A stretch of DNA of 64,000 nucleotides from Alphaproteobacteria bacterium (GTDB taxonomy: Bacteria; Pseudomonadota; Alphaproteobacteria; JAOXRX01): NCBI GenBank assembly GCA_025800285.1, contig JAOXRX010000037.1, positions 52,651 through 116,650 of the forward strand. The letters run 5' to 3'. Both the position numbers and the translations under genes were made by a program. Within the stretch, counting starts at the first letter, position 1, and each line of letters starts with the position of its first letter. The notes beneath the pieces are model-generated. The model saw nothing but the letters and a program-made list of their open reading frames with translations, had not been told where the DNA came from and searched no databases. Of this stretch, positions 30,347-40,583 are shown one piece after another.

Positions 30347-31295
30347 TCTTTATCTCTCCTTCAATTTGCATAGCAACATCTTTTGCATTTTCAACTCTAG
30401 CATAAGAGTAATCTTCTATTTTATCTTTTCCAAGCACTCTTATGATTTTCTTTTTTTTCAGCTCGCAATGAAATTTATCAAATTTTTTACTTCCACCCTT
30501 TAGTTCAATTAAGTAAACGGGCTTACCTGTAAAAGTAGCCTCACTTAACATAGACATAGAATCACTAGAAACAAATATATAATCTGCAATATCCATAAAA
30601 GCAAAATAAGGATTATCGCTTACATTATCATAAATATAAGTATTTCTCTTCCTTTTAAATTCTTTTTTTATTAAATCAAAACAAACCTCAGGAGTTCTTC
30701 TTGAAGCTGTTAATACAATATTTGCTCGTAGTTTTTTAGAAGCTTCCTTAATATCATCACATATTTTTTTGGTTAACTCTAAATCCATAGTATGATTTCT
30801 TGAATTGCCACCAATAAGCACCGCAATTGTTTTTTTGTTTTTAAAGCTTTTAAATAAATGTGCAAACCTTTTTCCTTCAGATTTTATCTTTTTATCTGTA
30901 AGCTTATGCATAGCTCCTGTTGTTAAAATAACATTTTTTGCTCTTAGAGAATCGTGTTCTGGAATAACAATATAGTCAAACTTCTTTCTAGACACTCTAG
31001 GATCTTGTATGCAAATTAAAATAGTTTTTGGATTTTTTTTCTTAATATGCAACCCTACAGAAACAGCTTTTCTACCCGATACAATTAATATATCAGGATA
31101 TTTATCTGAGAATTTTTCTGTAGTAGGATTTATAGAATCAATTCTAATATATGGATTGATTTTATCCCATATTTTTTTTAATGTAATTGTTTTTATTTGA
31201 TAAGAATCTACAAGATTATCTGCTAACCCTATACACTGATTAAGAGTTCCTATTTTTCCATCAGTTACAACCCAACATTTTTTATTTTTAATCAT
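30330..31295 (-). CDS. ELM1/DUF1022-family protein (mitochondrial-fission ELM1-like, glycosyltransferase-like fold). It overlaps trxB by 17 nt.
   Basis: 321 aa. Architecture and conserved blocks (…AVLIGGNSRNH…SDSMSMLSEA…) recalled as DUF1022. The family is common in alphaproteobacteria. Confidence 0.5.
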   Translation of the reverse strand: MIKNKKCWVVTDGKIGTLNQCIGLADNLVDSYQIKTITLKKIWDKINPYIRIDSINPTTEKFSDKYPDILIVSGRKAVSVGLHIKKKNPKTILICIQDPRVSRKKFDYIVIPEHDSLRAKNVILTTGAMHKLTDKKIKSEGKRFAHLFKSFKNKKTIAVLIGGNSRNHTMDLELTKKICDDIKEASKKLRANIVLTASRRTPEVCFDLIKKEFKRKRNTYIYDNVSDNPYFAFMDIADYIFVSSDSMSMLSEATFTGKPVYLIELKGGSKKFDKFHCELKKKKIIRVLGKDKIEDYSYARVENAKDVAMQIEGEIKNDSKK

Positions 31296-31341
31296 AATTA
31301 AAATCCTAACACTCTTTAAATAAAATTAAAAGAAAAAATAG

Positions 31342-31785
31342 CTAAATAGATTTAGCTATTTTATCAAGTATTACATTTACAATCCCTATTTCTTTCTTAT
31401 CATAGAAAGCATTTGTTACATCTAGATAAGAAGAAATTATATTTGGCTTTGTATATTCACTTGTATTTTCTAAAAGTTCATAAACTCCAGCTCTCAATAT
31501 ACACTGAAGTATTATTTCCAATCTATCCATTTCATATTTTGAAACTGAAGATATTATTCCATCTACATCTTCTTTTCTATTATCATAACCTTCAACTATT
31601 TTTGTTAAAAGATCTAGATTCGCTGGATTAAAATTAATACCGTCTAAATCTTTACCTGTAAAGTAATCATCTTTATCCAAAAGAGCTCTTTTTGCAGATA
31701 CTCCTGTTGTTTGCATTTGATATAACAGTTGTACTGCTCCAAGCCTAGCGGCCATAATATATTCTTTTCCAATTATAGATGTCAT
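31342..31785 (-). CDS. nusB: Transcription antitermination factor NusB. The start may instead be the internal Met at 31755 (MAARLGAVQLLYQ).
   Basis: ARLGAVQLLYQ and a C-terminal helical bundle (…LRAGVYELL…). Confidence 0.8.
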   Translation of the reverse strand: MTSIIGKEYIMAARLGAVQLLYQMQTTGVSAKRALLDKDDYFTGKDLDGINFNPANLDLLTKIVEGYDNRKEDVDGIISSVSKYEMDRLEIILQCILRAGVYELLENTSEYTKPNIISSYLDVTNAFYDKKEIGIVNVILDKIAKSI

Positions 31786-31925
31786 ATAAATCCTTTTCTG
31801 TATTTTCTTATTGAAGAACTTTATACAACAAAAGGCTCAAAAAATCAAGGTCAAAAAAAGTTTGTTTTTTATATTTTTTAATGCTAGAATTTTAATACAA
31901 AGAGGAAAACAAGAGAAAAACAAAT

Positions 31926-33308
31926 ATGATTAATGAAATTAAATCTGAAATAGCTTTTTTGAAAGACCATCATCTAGAAAAAGAGGTCTGGAAAGAGACT
32001 CCTCTAGACTTGATAAAGAGACTTACATCAAATATAAAAGCTCATAACAAAGAACAAAAGTCTAAGCTGATTGAAGAAGTTAGAGACTTTATTGCTAAAG
32101 GCAAAGGTAATGACGACTCATTTGATTTTGTAACAAGAGAAGATAAAAAGTTTTACAAAGAAATTCATATATACAGACATAAAAACAAAGTTGTTGCAAG
32201 AATCGATAGGACAATGGATGACGGATTCGGTAAACACACTCCATTTGAGAACTTTGTAACAATTGAATACGATGAAGATAGCAATGAAAAAATACAAGCA
32301 AAAAAAATAAATATTTTAGGATTAGAGTATGTTCCATATCCAGCTAATCTAATCTTTGCTGAAAAACTTTTTTCTCATATAGCAGGAGAAGTTGTAGATG
32401 GGAAAGACCATGACCGCAAACATTATGACGGATTCATTAAAGAGATAGCTCATGAGGTTCCTGATATATTTGCCTCTGATGAGCAAAAAGAAAAAGATAA
32501 AGAGATAGCAGAGGAAAACAAATATAAAATATGGAAAAAAGAAAAAGGTTTAGACTCTGATAGGAAGCTACATAAAGAAGATCTCAGTAACAATATAATT
32601 TATAAGTGTTTAATCCAAGCCTTAGAAGATAGCGATTTAAATAGCATAGATACTGACGGCTTAACAGAAGAAGATATATTAAAGAATCTTGTTAGCAAAA
32701 TACAGCTTAAAAATGATGAGTTAAGTAAAGAACTCAAAAGACAAGCAAAAGAGTTTTTGGATCCAAATTATGGAAACGACAGCTTCAATATGGAGAAAAA
32801 ACTTAAAGATGGTGCTTTAATATACTCTATTGATAGAGATAGAAAAAACAATAAAATAGATGCAAACATAAAATACATGCAAAAAGGGGAGAGAAAGACT
32901 AAGCATATACATATGTTTGACCTTATTCATATGGTTTACGATGAAGATGAAAACAACCCAGGAGAGTTCGTATTATATCAAATGTATATAATGGGTAAGA
33001 AATACCCTGTAACAAAGCAATGGGAATGGCTAGGAGAGAGATTCTATAATTATTTGTTATTTGAACTACAAATATCTGATGATAACCATGTTGATCTAAA
33101 CCAGATGGGAGAAGTTCTTGATATTCTTGAAAACCGCTGGCAAGACCATCGTTATATAGGTAATGAATATCTAGAAGAAAGAAAAGTTCTTTTAGATAAT
33201 AAATTTGAAGACAAGGACGAAAGATACGAAAGACTACAAAAAGAAGAACAACTTCGTATTAAAAAGAAATATGAAGAACTCTATAAAATGGATTTAAAAC
33301 CTTTATAG
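31926..33308 (+). CDS. Hypothetical highly charged (Lys/Glu/Asp-rich) 460-aa protein with no signal peptide, no TM and no recognisable domain.
   Basis: ORF track. Compositionally unusual and sits between conserved core genes (nusB, lptE-leuS). Confidence 0.6.
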   Translation: MINEIKSEIAFLKDHHLEKEVWKETPLDLIKRLTSNIKAHNKEQKSKLIEEVRDFIAKGKGNDDSFDFVTREDKKFYKEIHIYRHKNKVVARIDRTMDDGFGKHTPFENFVTIEYDEDSNEKIQAKKINILGLEYVPYPANLIFAEKLFSHIAGEVVDGKDHDRKHYDGFIKEIAHEVPDIFASDEQKEKDKEIAEENKYKIWKKEKGLDSDRKLHKEDLSNNIIYKCLIQALEDSDLNSIDTDGLTEEDILKNLVSKIQLKNDELSKELKRQAKEFLDPNYGNDSFNMEKKLKDGALIYSIDRDRKNNKIDANIKYMQKGERKTKHIHMFDLIHMVYDEDENNPGEFVLYQMYIMGKKYPVTKQWEWLGERFYNYLLFELQISDDNHVDLNQMGEVLDILENRWQDHRYIGNEYLEERKVLLDNKFEDKDERYERLQKEEQLRIKKKYEELYKMDLKPL

Positions 33309-33786
33309 ATCTATTTGATTTAAGAAAGCTGATACTTTTAATTTTATATCATCAGCAATAAGCTCCAAAGATTTCTCAATCTCATTACCTCTTGCTGTCA
33401 TTGTAGTAAACTCATTATCATTAATAGCATAGGAAACATTATTAGAAGTTGTTCCTTTCATTATGACCTTACCTTGTTCTAACATTTGGAAATCAGCTTT
33501 CATCCAAAGCACTTTTCTCGTTGCAACATCATCTATATTAAGTCCTAAATCAGTTGAAGTTATTCTAAGTTTTACTCTAAGTTTATATCTAGCTCCAGCA
33601 CCTGCTGTTGATATTCTATTTTTTAATAAACTTCTTAAAATTTGACCTTCACGATTTGGAATAACATCTACGAACACCTCTCGAGAAACAGATACTTTCC
33701 CAAGAGGAGCTTCGTTTTTATGATACAAAGGTTTAAACCCACAAGAGCATAAAACCATTAGCATTAAAATTATTAAATATTTTTTC
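33303..33786 (-). CDS. lptE: LPS-assembly lipoprotein LptE (RlpB). Start placed at MKKYLIIL.
   Basis: Lipoprotein signal ending at the lipobox Cys (…MLMVLCSCGF). Lies immediately downstream of leuS, as in leuS-lptE. Confidence 0.7.
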
Positions 33787-33792
33787 ATAATA

Positions 33793-36270
33793 CTAGTTTG
33801 CAACAATGTTGATAATTCTACCAGGAACATAGATGAATTTTCTCACTGTTTTACCTTCTATAAATTTTTGAACTTTTGGATCAGAAAGAGCCAGCTCTTT
33901 TGCATCATCTTCTGATGCATCTGGAGCTAATTCTACTTCACTACGAAGTTTACCCATAACTTGCACACCTATTGTAACTGTAGATGATTTTGTTTTCTCT
34001 TCATCATACTTAGGCCAACAAGCGAAAGCAATGCTTTCTTTATTACCCAAAACTTCCCAAATTTCCTCTGAAATATGAGGTGCATATAGAGATAACATTT
34101 GAATAAATGGAGCATACATTTCCTTAGAAACAACATCTTTATCAGCCATGTAATTTAGCATTTCCATTAAAGCAGATATAACTGTGTTATGAGAATTTGT
34201 TTCTACTCTTTCACTTACATTTTTAATTGTAGAATGAAGAACATTTTCATCTTTGTCTGATAACTCAACATCACCTAATTTATCTTGCATAGCCCAAACT
34301 CTTTTTAAGAATCTAAACACTCCAACTAAAGAGTTTTCATTCCAAGCAACTGCTTGCTCAAATGGACCGATAAACATTTCATAAATTCTAAGAGCATCAG
34401 CTCCATATTCTGCAATAACATCATCTGGATTTACAACATTACCACGAGACTTTGACATTTTCTCCCCATTTGAGCCTAAAATCAAACCTTGGAATGTTCT
34501 CTTATTGTATGGTTCATATTCTGGCAATACTGCTGTACAAATATTATCATCATCTTTTAAGTAGCTATAGTTATTTGGATTATCTCCTGTTGCAGCATCT
34601 CTTAAAGCTTTATACCAGAAGCGAGAGTATAATAAATGACGAGTCGTATGTTCTTGTCCACCATTATACCAATCAACCTTGCCCCAATAATCCAATGCTT
34701 CTTGACTTGCGAATGCATCATCATTCTTAGGATCCATATATCTTAAGAAATACCAAGAAGAGCCAGCCCAACCAGGCATTGTATCTGTTTCTCTTTTAGC
34801 AGATTCGCCACATTTTGGACATGTACAATTAACCCAATCAGTAGCTCTTGCTAATGGAGCATCAGCATCATCTGTTGGTAAAAATTCATCCATTTCTGGC
34901 AATTCTAAAGGAAGTTCTTTTTCTGGAACTGTAACCCAACCACACTTTGGACAATTAATCATAGGTATTGGTTCTCCCCAATATCTTTGACGAGTAAATA
35001 ACCAATCACCCATTTTATAGTTAATTGCTTTTTTACCACACTCTTTTTCTTCTAGGAAAGATATTGCAGCATCAATAGCCTCTTGTTTACCCATACCATT
35101 TAAGAATTCAGAATTAATATGAGCACCTTCTTGTGTCCAAGCTTCCTCTTCAATATTTCCTCCTTCTAAAACAGGAACTATATCTAAGTTATATGCTTTA
35201 GCAAAATCATAATCTCTTTGATCATGAGCAGGAACTGCCATGATAGCACCCGTACCATAACCTGACAAAACATAATCAGCTACGAATACAGGAATTTCTT
35301 TTCCATTGAATGGATTAATAGCTTTTAATCCTTGAATTTCAACACCTGTTTTAACCTTAGCTTCACCAGCTGCGATTTGTCTTTCTAAATCTGTTTTATG
35401 TCTAGCTTCATCGATATAAGATTTAACTTCTTCTGCATTACCAAAAGAGCTCATATATTTTGTTAATAATTCATGCTCAGGACACACTGCCATAAAAGTA
35501 ACACCAAAACATGTATCTGCTCTAGTTGTGAAAACAGAAAGCTTTTCTTCACCTAAGTTAATTTTAAAATCAATTTCTGCACCAACAGATTTACCAATCC
35601 AGTTTTGTTGAGAGGTCTTAATACTCTCTGAGTAATCAACTGTCTCTAAGCCTTCCAAAAGCTTTTCTGAATAGTCTTGCATTTTCAAAGTCCATTGCGA
35701 CTTAACTCTTTGTTCTACTGGACCTTTACACCTTTCACAATTTCCACCTTCAAGCTCTTCATTTGTCCAGGCTCTTTTACAATGATCACACCAGTTAATT
35801 GTGCTATCAGCTTTATAAGCCAAACCAGACTTATAGAATTTCAAAAACATCCATTGTGTCCATTTTACAAAATCAGGATCTGTTGTAGAAACAACTCTAT
35901 CCCAATCAAAGCTGTAACCAAGTTTTTTCAACTGTTTTGTAAATATAGATTTACATTCATCAACAGCTTCTCTTGGATGTATTCCTGTTTTAATAGCATA
36001 ATGTTCAGCAGGAGCACCAAAAGCATCAAACCCCATTGGGAAAAGAACATTATATCCTTCCATTCTTCTTTTTCTTGACACAGCATCCATAGCTCCGTTC
36101 GATCTAGGGTGTCCAACATGCAATCCAGATCCTGAAGGGTATGGGAACTCTATCAGAGTATAATATTTTTCTTTGTCATTATCTATCTCTGTTTTAAAAG
36201 TATTATTTTCTTCCCAATACTTTTGCCATTTTTCTTCAATTACTTTAAAGTTATATTTTTCATTTTCCAT
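33793..36270 (-). CDS. leuS: Leucine--tRNA ligase.
   Basis: HVGH (HIGH) and KMSKS motifs, and CP1 editing domain. 825 aa. Confidence 0.97.
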   Translation of the reverse strand: MENEKYNFKVIEEKWQKYWEENNTFKTEIDNDKEKYYTLIEFPYPSGSGLHVGHPRSNGAMDAVSRKRRMEGYNVLFPMGFDAFGAPAEHYAIKTGIHPREAVDECKSIFTKQLKKLGYSFDWDRVVSTTDPDFVKWTQWMFLKFYKSGLAYKADSTINWCDHCKRAWTNEELEGGNCERCKGPVEQRVKSQWTLKMQDYSEKLLEGLETVDYSESIKTSQQNWIGKSVGAEIDFKINLGEEKLSVFTTRADTCFGVTFMAVCPEHELLTKYMSSFGNAEEVKSYIDEARHKTDLERQIAAGEAKVKTGVEIQGLKAINPFNGKEIPVFVADYVLSGYGTGAIMAVPAHDQRDYDFAKAYNLDIVPVLEGGNIEEEAWTQEGAHINSEFLNGMGKQEAIDAAISFLEEKECGKKAINYKMGDWLFTRQRYWGEPIPMINCPKCGWVTVPEKELPLELPEMDEFLPTDDADAPLARATDWVNCTCPKCGESAKRETDTMPGWAGSSWYFLRYMDPKNDDAFASQEALDYWGKVDWYNGGQEHTTRHLLYSRFWYKALRDAATGDNPNNYSYLKDDDNICTAVLPEYEPYNKRTFQGLILGSNGEKMSKSRGNVVNPDDVIAEYGADALRIYEMFIGPFEQAVAWNENSLVGVFRFLKRVWAMQDKLGDVELSDKDENVLHSTIKNVSERVETNSHNTVISALMEMLNYMADKDVVSKEMYAPFIQMLSLYAPHISEEIWEVLGNKESIAFACWPKYDEEKTKSSTVTIGVQVMGKLRSEVELAPDASEDDAKELALSDPKVQKFIEGKTVRKFIYVPGRIINIVAN

Positions 36271-36776
36271 TAGTTAGCTTTCACCTCTTGTATTTTAAGT
36301 TCTCTTGCTTTTGTTAATATTGAATCTTCAATTTGAGTAGCCATTGCATCATCTATATCTACATCTTGCCATTGACCATTCTCATCTCTCTTTTGCTTAA
36401 ATACAGACACTTTAACACCATCTGCTCTAAGCTGTTTGTCTAAAATATATATGTTTAACTTATACCTATAGCCTTCATCTTTTAATGAAGTTTTCCAATC
36501 TGTTAGAATAACTCCTCCAAATGGATCAGCAGAAGCAACAGGCATGAAAGAAACAACATCTAAAGTTGCTCTCCATAAGAAAGCATTAACACCTATACCT
36601 ATATTTTGCTTTTCCTCTTCATTAGAGAATATATCTAAACCATCTTCTCCAAAAGCTTTATCGTGCTTGCCATAAACAGCTTGAGCCTCACCTCTTACTC
36701 TTGTAGGATATACAGCTTCACCACCACAAGCAGATAAAATGCTTAGCATTAACACTGAAAGGTATATTTTTTTCAT
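36270..36776 (-). CDS. DUF3576-like lipoprotein, a typical leuS neighbour in alphaproteobacteria.
   Basis: Signal peptide with lipobox LSACGG. 168 aa. Confidence 0.6.
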   Translation of the reverse strand: MKKIYLSVLMLSILSACGGEAVYPTRVRGEAQAVYGKHDKAFGEDGLDIFSNEEEKQNIGIGVNAFLWRATLDVVSFMPVASADPFGGVILTDWKTSLKDEGYRYKLNIYILDKQLRADGVKVSVFKQKRDENGQWQDVDIDDAMATQIEDSILTKARELKIQEVKAN

Positions 36777-36884
36777 AATAAATCTCCTAATATATTAGTA
36801 GTATTCTTTTAGCATTTTTTTTATTTTTTTTCAAACTCTTTTTTTATTTGATATATTTTTACACAAATGTTATTTATTTTAATT

Positions 36885-37547
36885 ATGAATATAGATTACA
36901 AGATATATAAGAGCTCTAGAAAAACTCTTTCTATAAAAGTACAAAACGGAGAGGTTATTGTCAAGGCTCCTTTAAAGTGCTCTGATAAAATGATTGCTGA
37001 TTTAATTCAAGAAAAACAATCTTGGATAAACAAACATTTAGACATAGAAAGCAAGAAACCTAAACTTTCATTTAATCATGGAGACATTATCCCATTCTTA
37101 GGGAACAACTACAAACTAATAATAGTGAACAAGTCTTTACAAGACAAAGTTATACTAGATGATGAGGAAATAATAGTTTTCTCAAAAAAAGATGACATTA
37201 AAAATCATGAGAAATTATTAATTAACTGGTTTAAAAAGGAAGCTACAGAATTTATCTCAGATAGATATAAAAGCAATGCCACGCTTTTTGATTATAAAAA
37301 AGCTCCTCCATTAAAAATTAGAGAATTTAAAAGTCGTTGGGGATCTTATCATAAAAAAGGTTTATCTGATCAAATAAAAATCAACTGGAAACTTATTATG
37401 TATCCCTCATTATGTATAGATTATGTGATAATACACGAACTAGCACATAAAACTCACAACAATCACTCTAAAGATTTTCATAATCTAGTAGAAATGAAGT
37501 TTCCAAACTGGAAAACAGCTAAAAACATTTTAGACTCTAAGAATTAA
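36885..37547 (+). CDS. YgjP-like (DUF45/WLM) predicted metal-dependent hydrolase.
   Basis: HELAHKTHNNHSKDFHNL zinc-binding motif (HExxH...H). Confidence 0.7.
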   Translation: MNIDYKIYKSSRKTLSIKVQNGEVIVKAPLKCSDKMIADLIQEKQSWINKHLDIESKKPKLSFNHGDIIPFLGNNYKLIIVNKSLQDKVILDDEEIIVFSKKDDIKNHEKLLINWFKKEATEFISDRYKSNATLFDYKKAPPLKIREFKSRWGSYHKKGLSDQIKINWKLIMYPSLCIDYVIIHELAHKTHNNHSKDFHNLVEMKFPNWKTAKNILDSKN

Positions 37548-37822
37548 GCCGCTAATTTTAATTTATATTTTCTATAAGATCTAGTTTTAATAATTCTATC
37601 AAACATTGGGGTAAAATCCATACCCTCAACCATTGTATAGTGCATTCCCCCGATTTCAAAAGAGTAGCCATGATCTCCATGAACTACAAAGTTGTCGGCA
37701 ACAACTTTAGACCCTTTAACACAACCATTTGCAATCTCTTTTAACAAACAAATAAGATATTTATCTAAACTTTCATCTCTCTTAACAACAACACTACTAC
37801 CTTCAATACCCTTTAATATCAA
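37544..37822 (-). CDS. Hypothetical 92-aa protein.
   Basis: ORF track only. Confidence 0.4.
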   Translation of the reverse strand: MILKGIEGSSVVVKRDESLDKYLICLLKEIANGCVKGSKVVADNFVVHGDHGYSFEIGGMHYTMVEGMDFTPMFDRIIKTRSYRKYKLKLAA

Positions 37823-37912
37823 AACTACCTCTTTCTTATTAAACTAATAACATTACCAATATATGTTATATAAATAACACATATTTTCAAAAAACACAAA
37901 GTTTATTTTAAC

Positions 37913-38293
37913 TTATTTATATTTTTTTCTTAATGTTGATTTACCACATGATGAACAAAACAAGTGATACGGTTGCAAAACTTTACCACAATGAATACAT
38001 TTAAAGTTATCTTCATCGACCCATTCACAATGCTTGTTATGCTGAATTAAAAAAACAATCAACAAACAAGGTATAAAAACAGCTAAAGATTTAGCAAAAA
38101 TGATTAAATTGAAATGACATACTGATTCGATCAAAAGCATGAAGTAACCCAATGTTAAAACAGAATAAGAGTATAAAGATAAATCCCTCACCTCTTTATG
38201 TTTATGAATTTTTATTACCTGCAACCAATATGCTATTGAAACTATAAATATAGCAGTCCATGAGAAAAACTCAAAAGCGAAATTAATATCCAT
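37913..38293 (-). CDS. Small membrane protein with a C-terminal Cys4 zinc ribbon.
   Basis: Three TM segments, then CEWVDEDNFKCIHCGKVLQPYHLFCSSCGKS. Confidence 0.5.
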   Translation of the reverse strand: MDINFAFEFFSWTAIFIVSIAYWLQVIKIHKHKEVRDLSLYSYSVLTLGYFMLLIESVCHFNLIIFAKSLAVFIPCLLIVFLIQHNKHCEWVDEDNFKCIHCGKVLQPYHLFCSSCGKSTLRKKYK

Positions 38294-38344
38294 TTTTATT
38301 ACCTTTTTACTTGATTTTTTTATTTTTTATGTTATAGCTTAAAT

Positions 38345-38920
38345 ATGATTAAATTACCAGAAAAAAATAAAAAACTCCTATTACATGCATGTTGTGCACC
38401 TTGCTGTTGTGCTATTGCTAAAGAGTTAAAAAACTCTGGTATTGATTTTACTGTTTTTTTCTACAACCCTAACATCTTCCCTTCAAAAGAATATGAGAAG
38501 AGAAAACAGGAGTTAATTAGATATTGTAAAAAAATTAAAGTTCCGCTTATAATAGCTGAAGATGAAAAAAGCAAAAAACAATGGGAAGAAGCAGTAAGAG
38601 GATTAGAATTACAACCAGAAAGAGGCAAGAGATGCTGTAAGTGTATAAATCATAGATTATATAAAACAGCCAAATATGCTTCTAAAAATGACTTTGATAT
38701 AATATCATCAACTCTATCAATATCTAAATTTAAAGACTTTATAATAGTTACAAACTCTGGTAAAGAAGCGGTAAAAGAATTTAAAAATGTTGATTTTTGG
38801 GCTCAAAACTGGAGAGAAATTATAAACCAAGAAGAGCCAAATAAAATATCTCGTGAAGAGAACTTTTATAGACAAAGATATTGCGGTTGCTTCTATTCTA
38901 TCGGAGATGCTTTAAAATGA
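38345..38920 (+). CDS. queH: Epoxyqueuosine reductase QueH (DUF208).
   Basis: LLLHACCAPCCCA N-terminal cysteine cluster and the C-terminal CGC motif (YCGCFYS). Confidence 0.8.
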   Translation: MIKLPEKNKKLLLHACCAPCCCAIAKELKNSGIDFTVFFYNPNIFPSKEYEKRKQELIRYCKKIKVPLIIAEDEKSKKQWEEAVRGLELQPERGKRCCKCINHRLYKTAKYASKNDFDIISSTLSISKFKDFIIVTNSGKEAVKEFKNVDFWAQNWREIINQEEPNKISREENFYRQRYCGCFYSIGDALK

Positions 38921-39717
38921 TAAAAAATAAAGACAATATTCCAATTTGGTCAGAAAAAGATTTTGATGGCATGAGAAAAGCTGGTAAGCTAGCAGCTGAA
39001 ACACTTGACTATATAACAGATTTTGTTAAAGAAGGCATATCAACATTAGAGCTTAATGATTTATGTGCAAAGTTCATAAAAGATAATGGAGCTATAGCAG
39101 CCCCTTTAAATTATAATGGATACCCTAAAGAAGTTTGTATTTCCCTTAACAATGTAATTTGCCATGGCATACCTGATGAAAAAACAGTACTTAAAGATGG
39201 TGATATTTTAAACATTGATGTAACGGTTATATTAAACGGTTGGTACGGAGATACTAGCAGAATGTTTACAGTAGGAAAAACATCTGTAAGAGCTCAAAAG
39301 TTAATTGATAAAACTTACGAGGCTCTTATGGCTGCGATTAATGCTGTTAGACCAGGAATGAAACTTTATGAAGTTGGTGAAATAATTGAACAAGTAACAA
39401 AACCTTATAACTTTTCTATAGTTAGGGATTTTTGCGGACATGGATTGGGTAAAGAATTTCATACTCAGCCTATGGTACTACATTATAAAAGCAAATTGCA
39501 TAACAATATAACTCTAGAAGAAGGGATGTTCTTCACAATAGAGCCTATGATCAATGCTGGTAAATACGATGCTAAAATACTAAGCGATGGATGGACAGCT
39601 GTAACAAAAGACAGAAGCCTATCTGCTCAATTTGAGCATTCTATCGGAGTCACAAAAGATGGTGTTGAAATATTCACATCTTCCCCTAAAGGCTTAGACA
39701 AACCTCCATATAAATAA
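38917..39717 (+). CDS. map: Type I methionine aminopeptidase. Start placed at MIKNKDN; the ORF track starts at 38881.
   Basis: Metal ligands in the D…D…H…E…E arrangement (…DIDVTVILNGWYGDTSRMF…FCGHGLGKEFH…EPMIN…QFEHSIG). Confidence 0.93.
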   Translation: MIKNKDNIPIWSEKDFDGMRKAGKLAAETLDYITDFVKEGISTLELNDLCAKFIKDNGAIAAPLNYNGYPKEVCISLNNVICHGIPDEKTVLKDGDILNIDVTVILNGWYGDTSRMFTVGKTSVRAQKLIDKTYEALMAAINAVRPGMKLYEVGEIIEQVTKPYNFSIVRDFCGHGLGKEFHTQPMVLHYKSKLHNNITLEEGMFFTIEPMINAGKYDAKILSDGWTAVTKDRSLSAQFEHSIGVTKDGVEIFTSSPKGLDKPPYK

Positions 39718-39760
39718 TATATTTACATAAGATTTTGGATTAACTTCTATTTAAAAGCAC

Positions 39761-40525
39761 TTAAGCTTTTAAAAAAATATTTTTAAAATTATCTTCAAGC
39801 TGTTTTTCTAAAGCATCTTCTTCAACACCCTTTAACATTGCTACCTTTTTAAAAGTCTCAATCACATAAGCAGGTTCACACTTTTTACCCCTATAAGGAA
39901 CAGGTGCTAAATATGGAGAATCAGTCTCTACTAAAAGTTGTTCTATAGGACATAAGCAAACTGCATCTCTAACATTAGACCCATTTTTAAAAGTTACTAT
40001 TCCAGATATAGAGATATAGTACCCTTTTTCAATCGCCCATTTTGCCAACTCAATCCCAGCAGAAAAACAATGTATAATAACTTTTGATTTTCCTGTATGA
40101 TACTTATCCATAATTCTCATCATATCTTCATCTGAGTCCCTATTATGAATAACAAGAGGTAAACCTGTATCTTCACTAGCCTTTATATGCTTAATAAAAT
40201 TAGCTTTTTGAGATTCTTTACAAATATCTTTATATGAATAATCTAGTCCACTTTCTCCAATAGCAACACATTTTGGATGCTTTGAAAAAGAGATTAAATC
40301 GTTATAAACTTTTTCCAAATCTTGTTCTAAAGCTTCTGGATGAATCCCAACTGCAAAATAAAGGCTATCATTTTCTTCTGCTATTTTTTGTGATATCTCG
40401 AATTCTCTTCTCTCTGCTGCAATAGTTATCATCTTTTCAACACCAACCGCTTTTGCATTATCTATAACTTGCTTAAGCTCTAATGGTGTCAATTCATCTA
40501 AATGACAATGAGTATCTATAATCAT
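39761..40525 (-). CDS. tatD: TatD-family metal-dependent DNase/hydrolase.
   Basis: MIIDTHCHLD N-terminus and the conserved His/Glu/Asp ligand pattern. 254 aa. Confidence 0.9.
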   Translation of the reverse strand: MIIDTHCHLDELTPLELKQVIDNAKAVGVEKMITIAAERREFEISQKIAEENDSLYFAVGIHPEALEQDLEKVYNDLISFSKHPKCVAIGESGLDYSYKDICKESQKANFIKHIKASEDTGLPLVIHNRDSDEDMMRIMDKYHTGKSKVIIHCFSAGIELAKWAIEKGYYISISGIVTFKNGSNVRDAVCLCPIEQLLVETDSPYLAPVPYRGKKCEPAYVIETFKKVAMLKGVEEDALEKQLEDNFKNIFLKA

Positions 40526-40583
40526 AATTCACCTTTCTTTTATAATCATCAACAAGCTAAAAAGCTATTAATGATATAATAAA

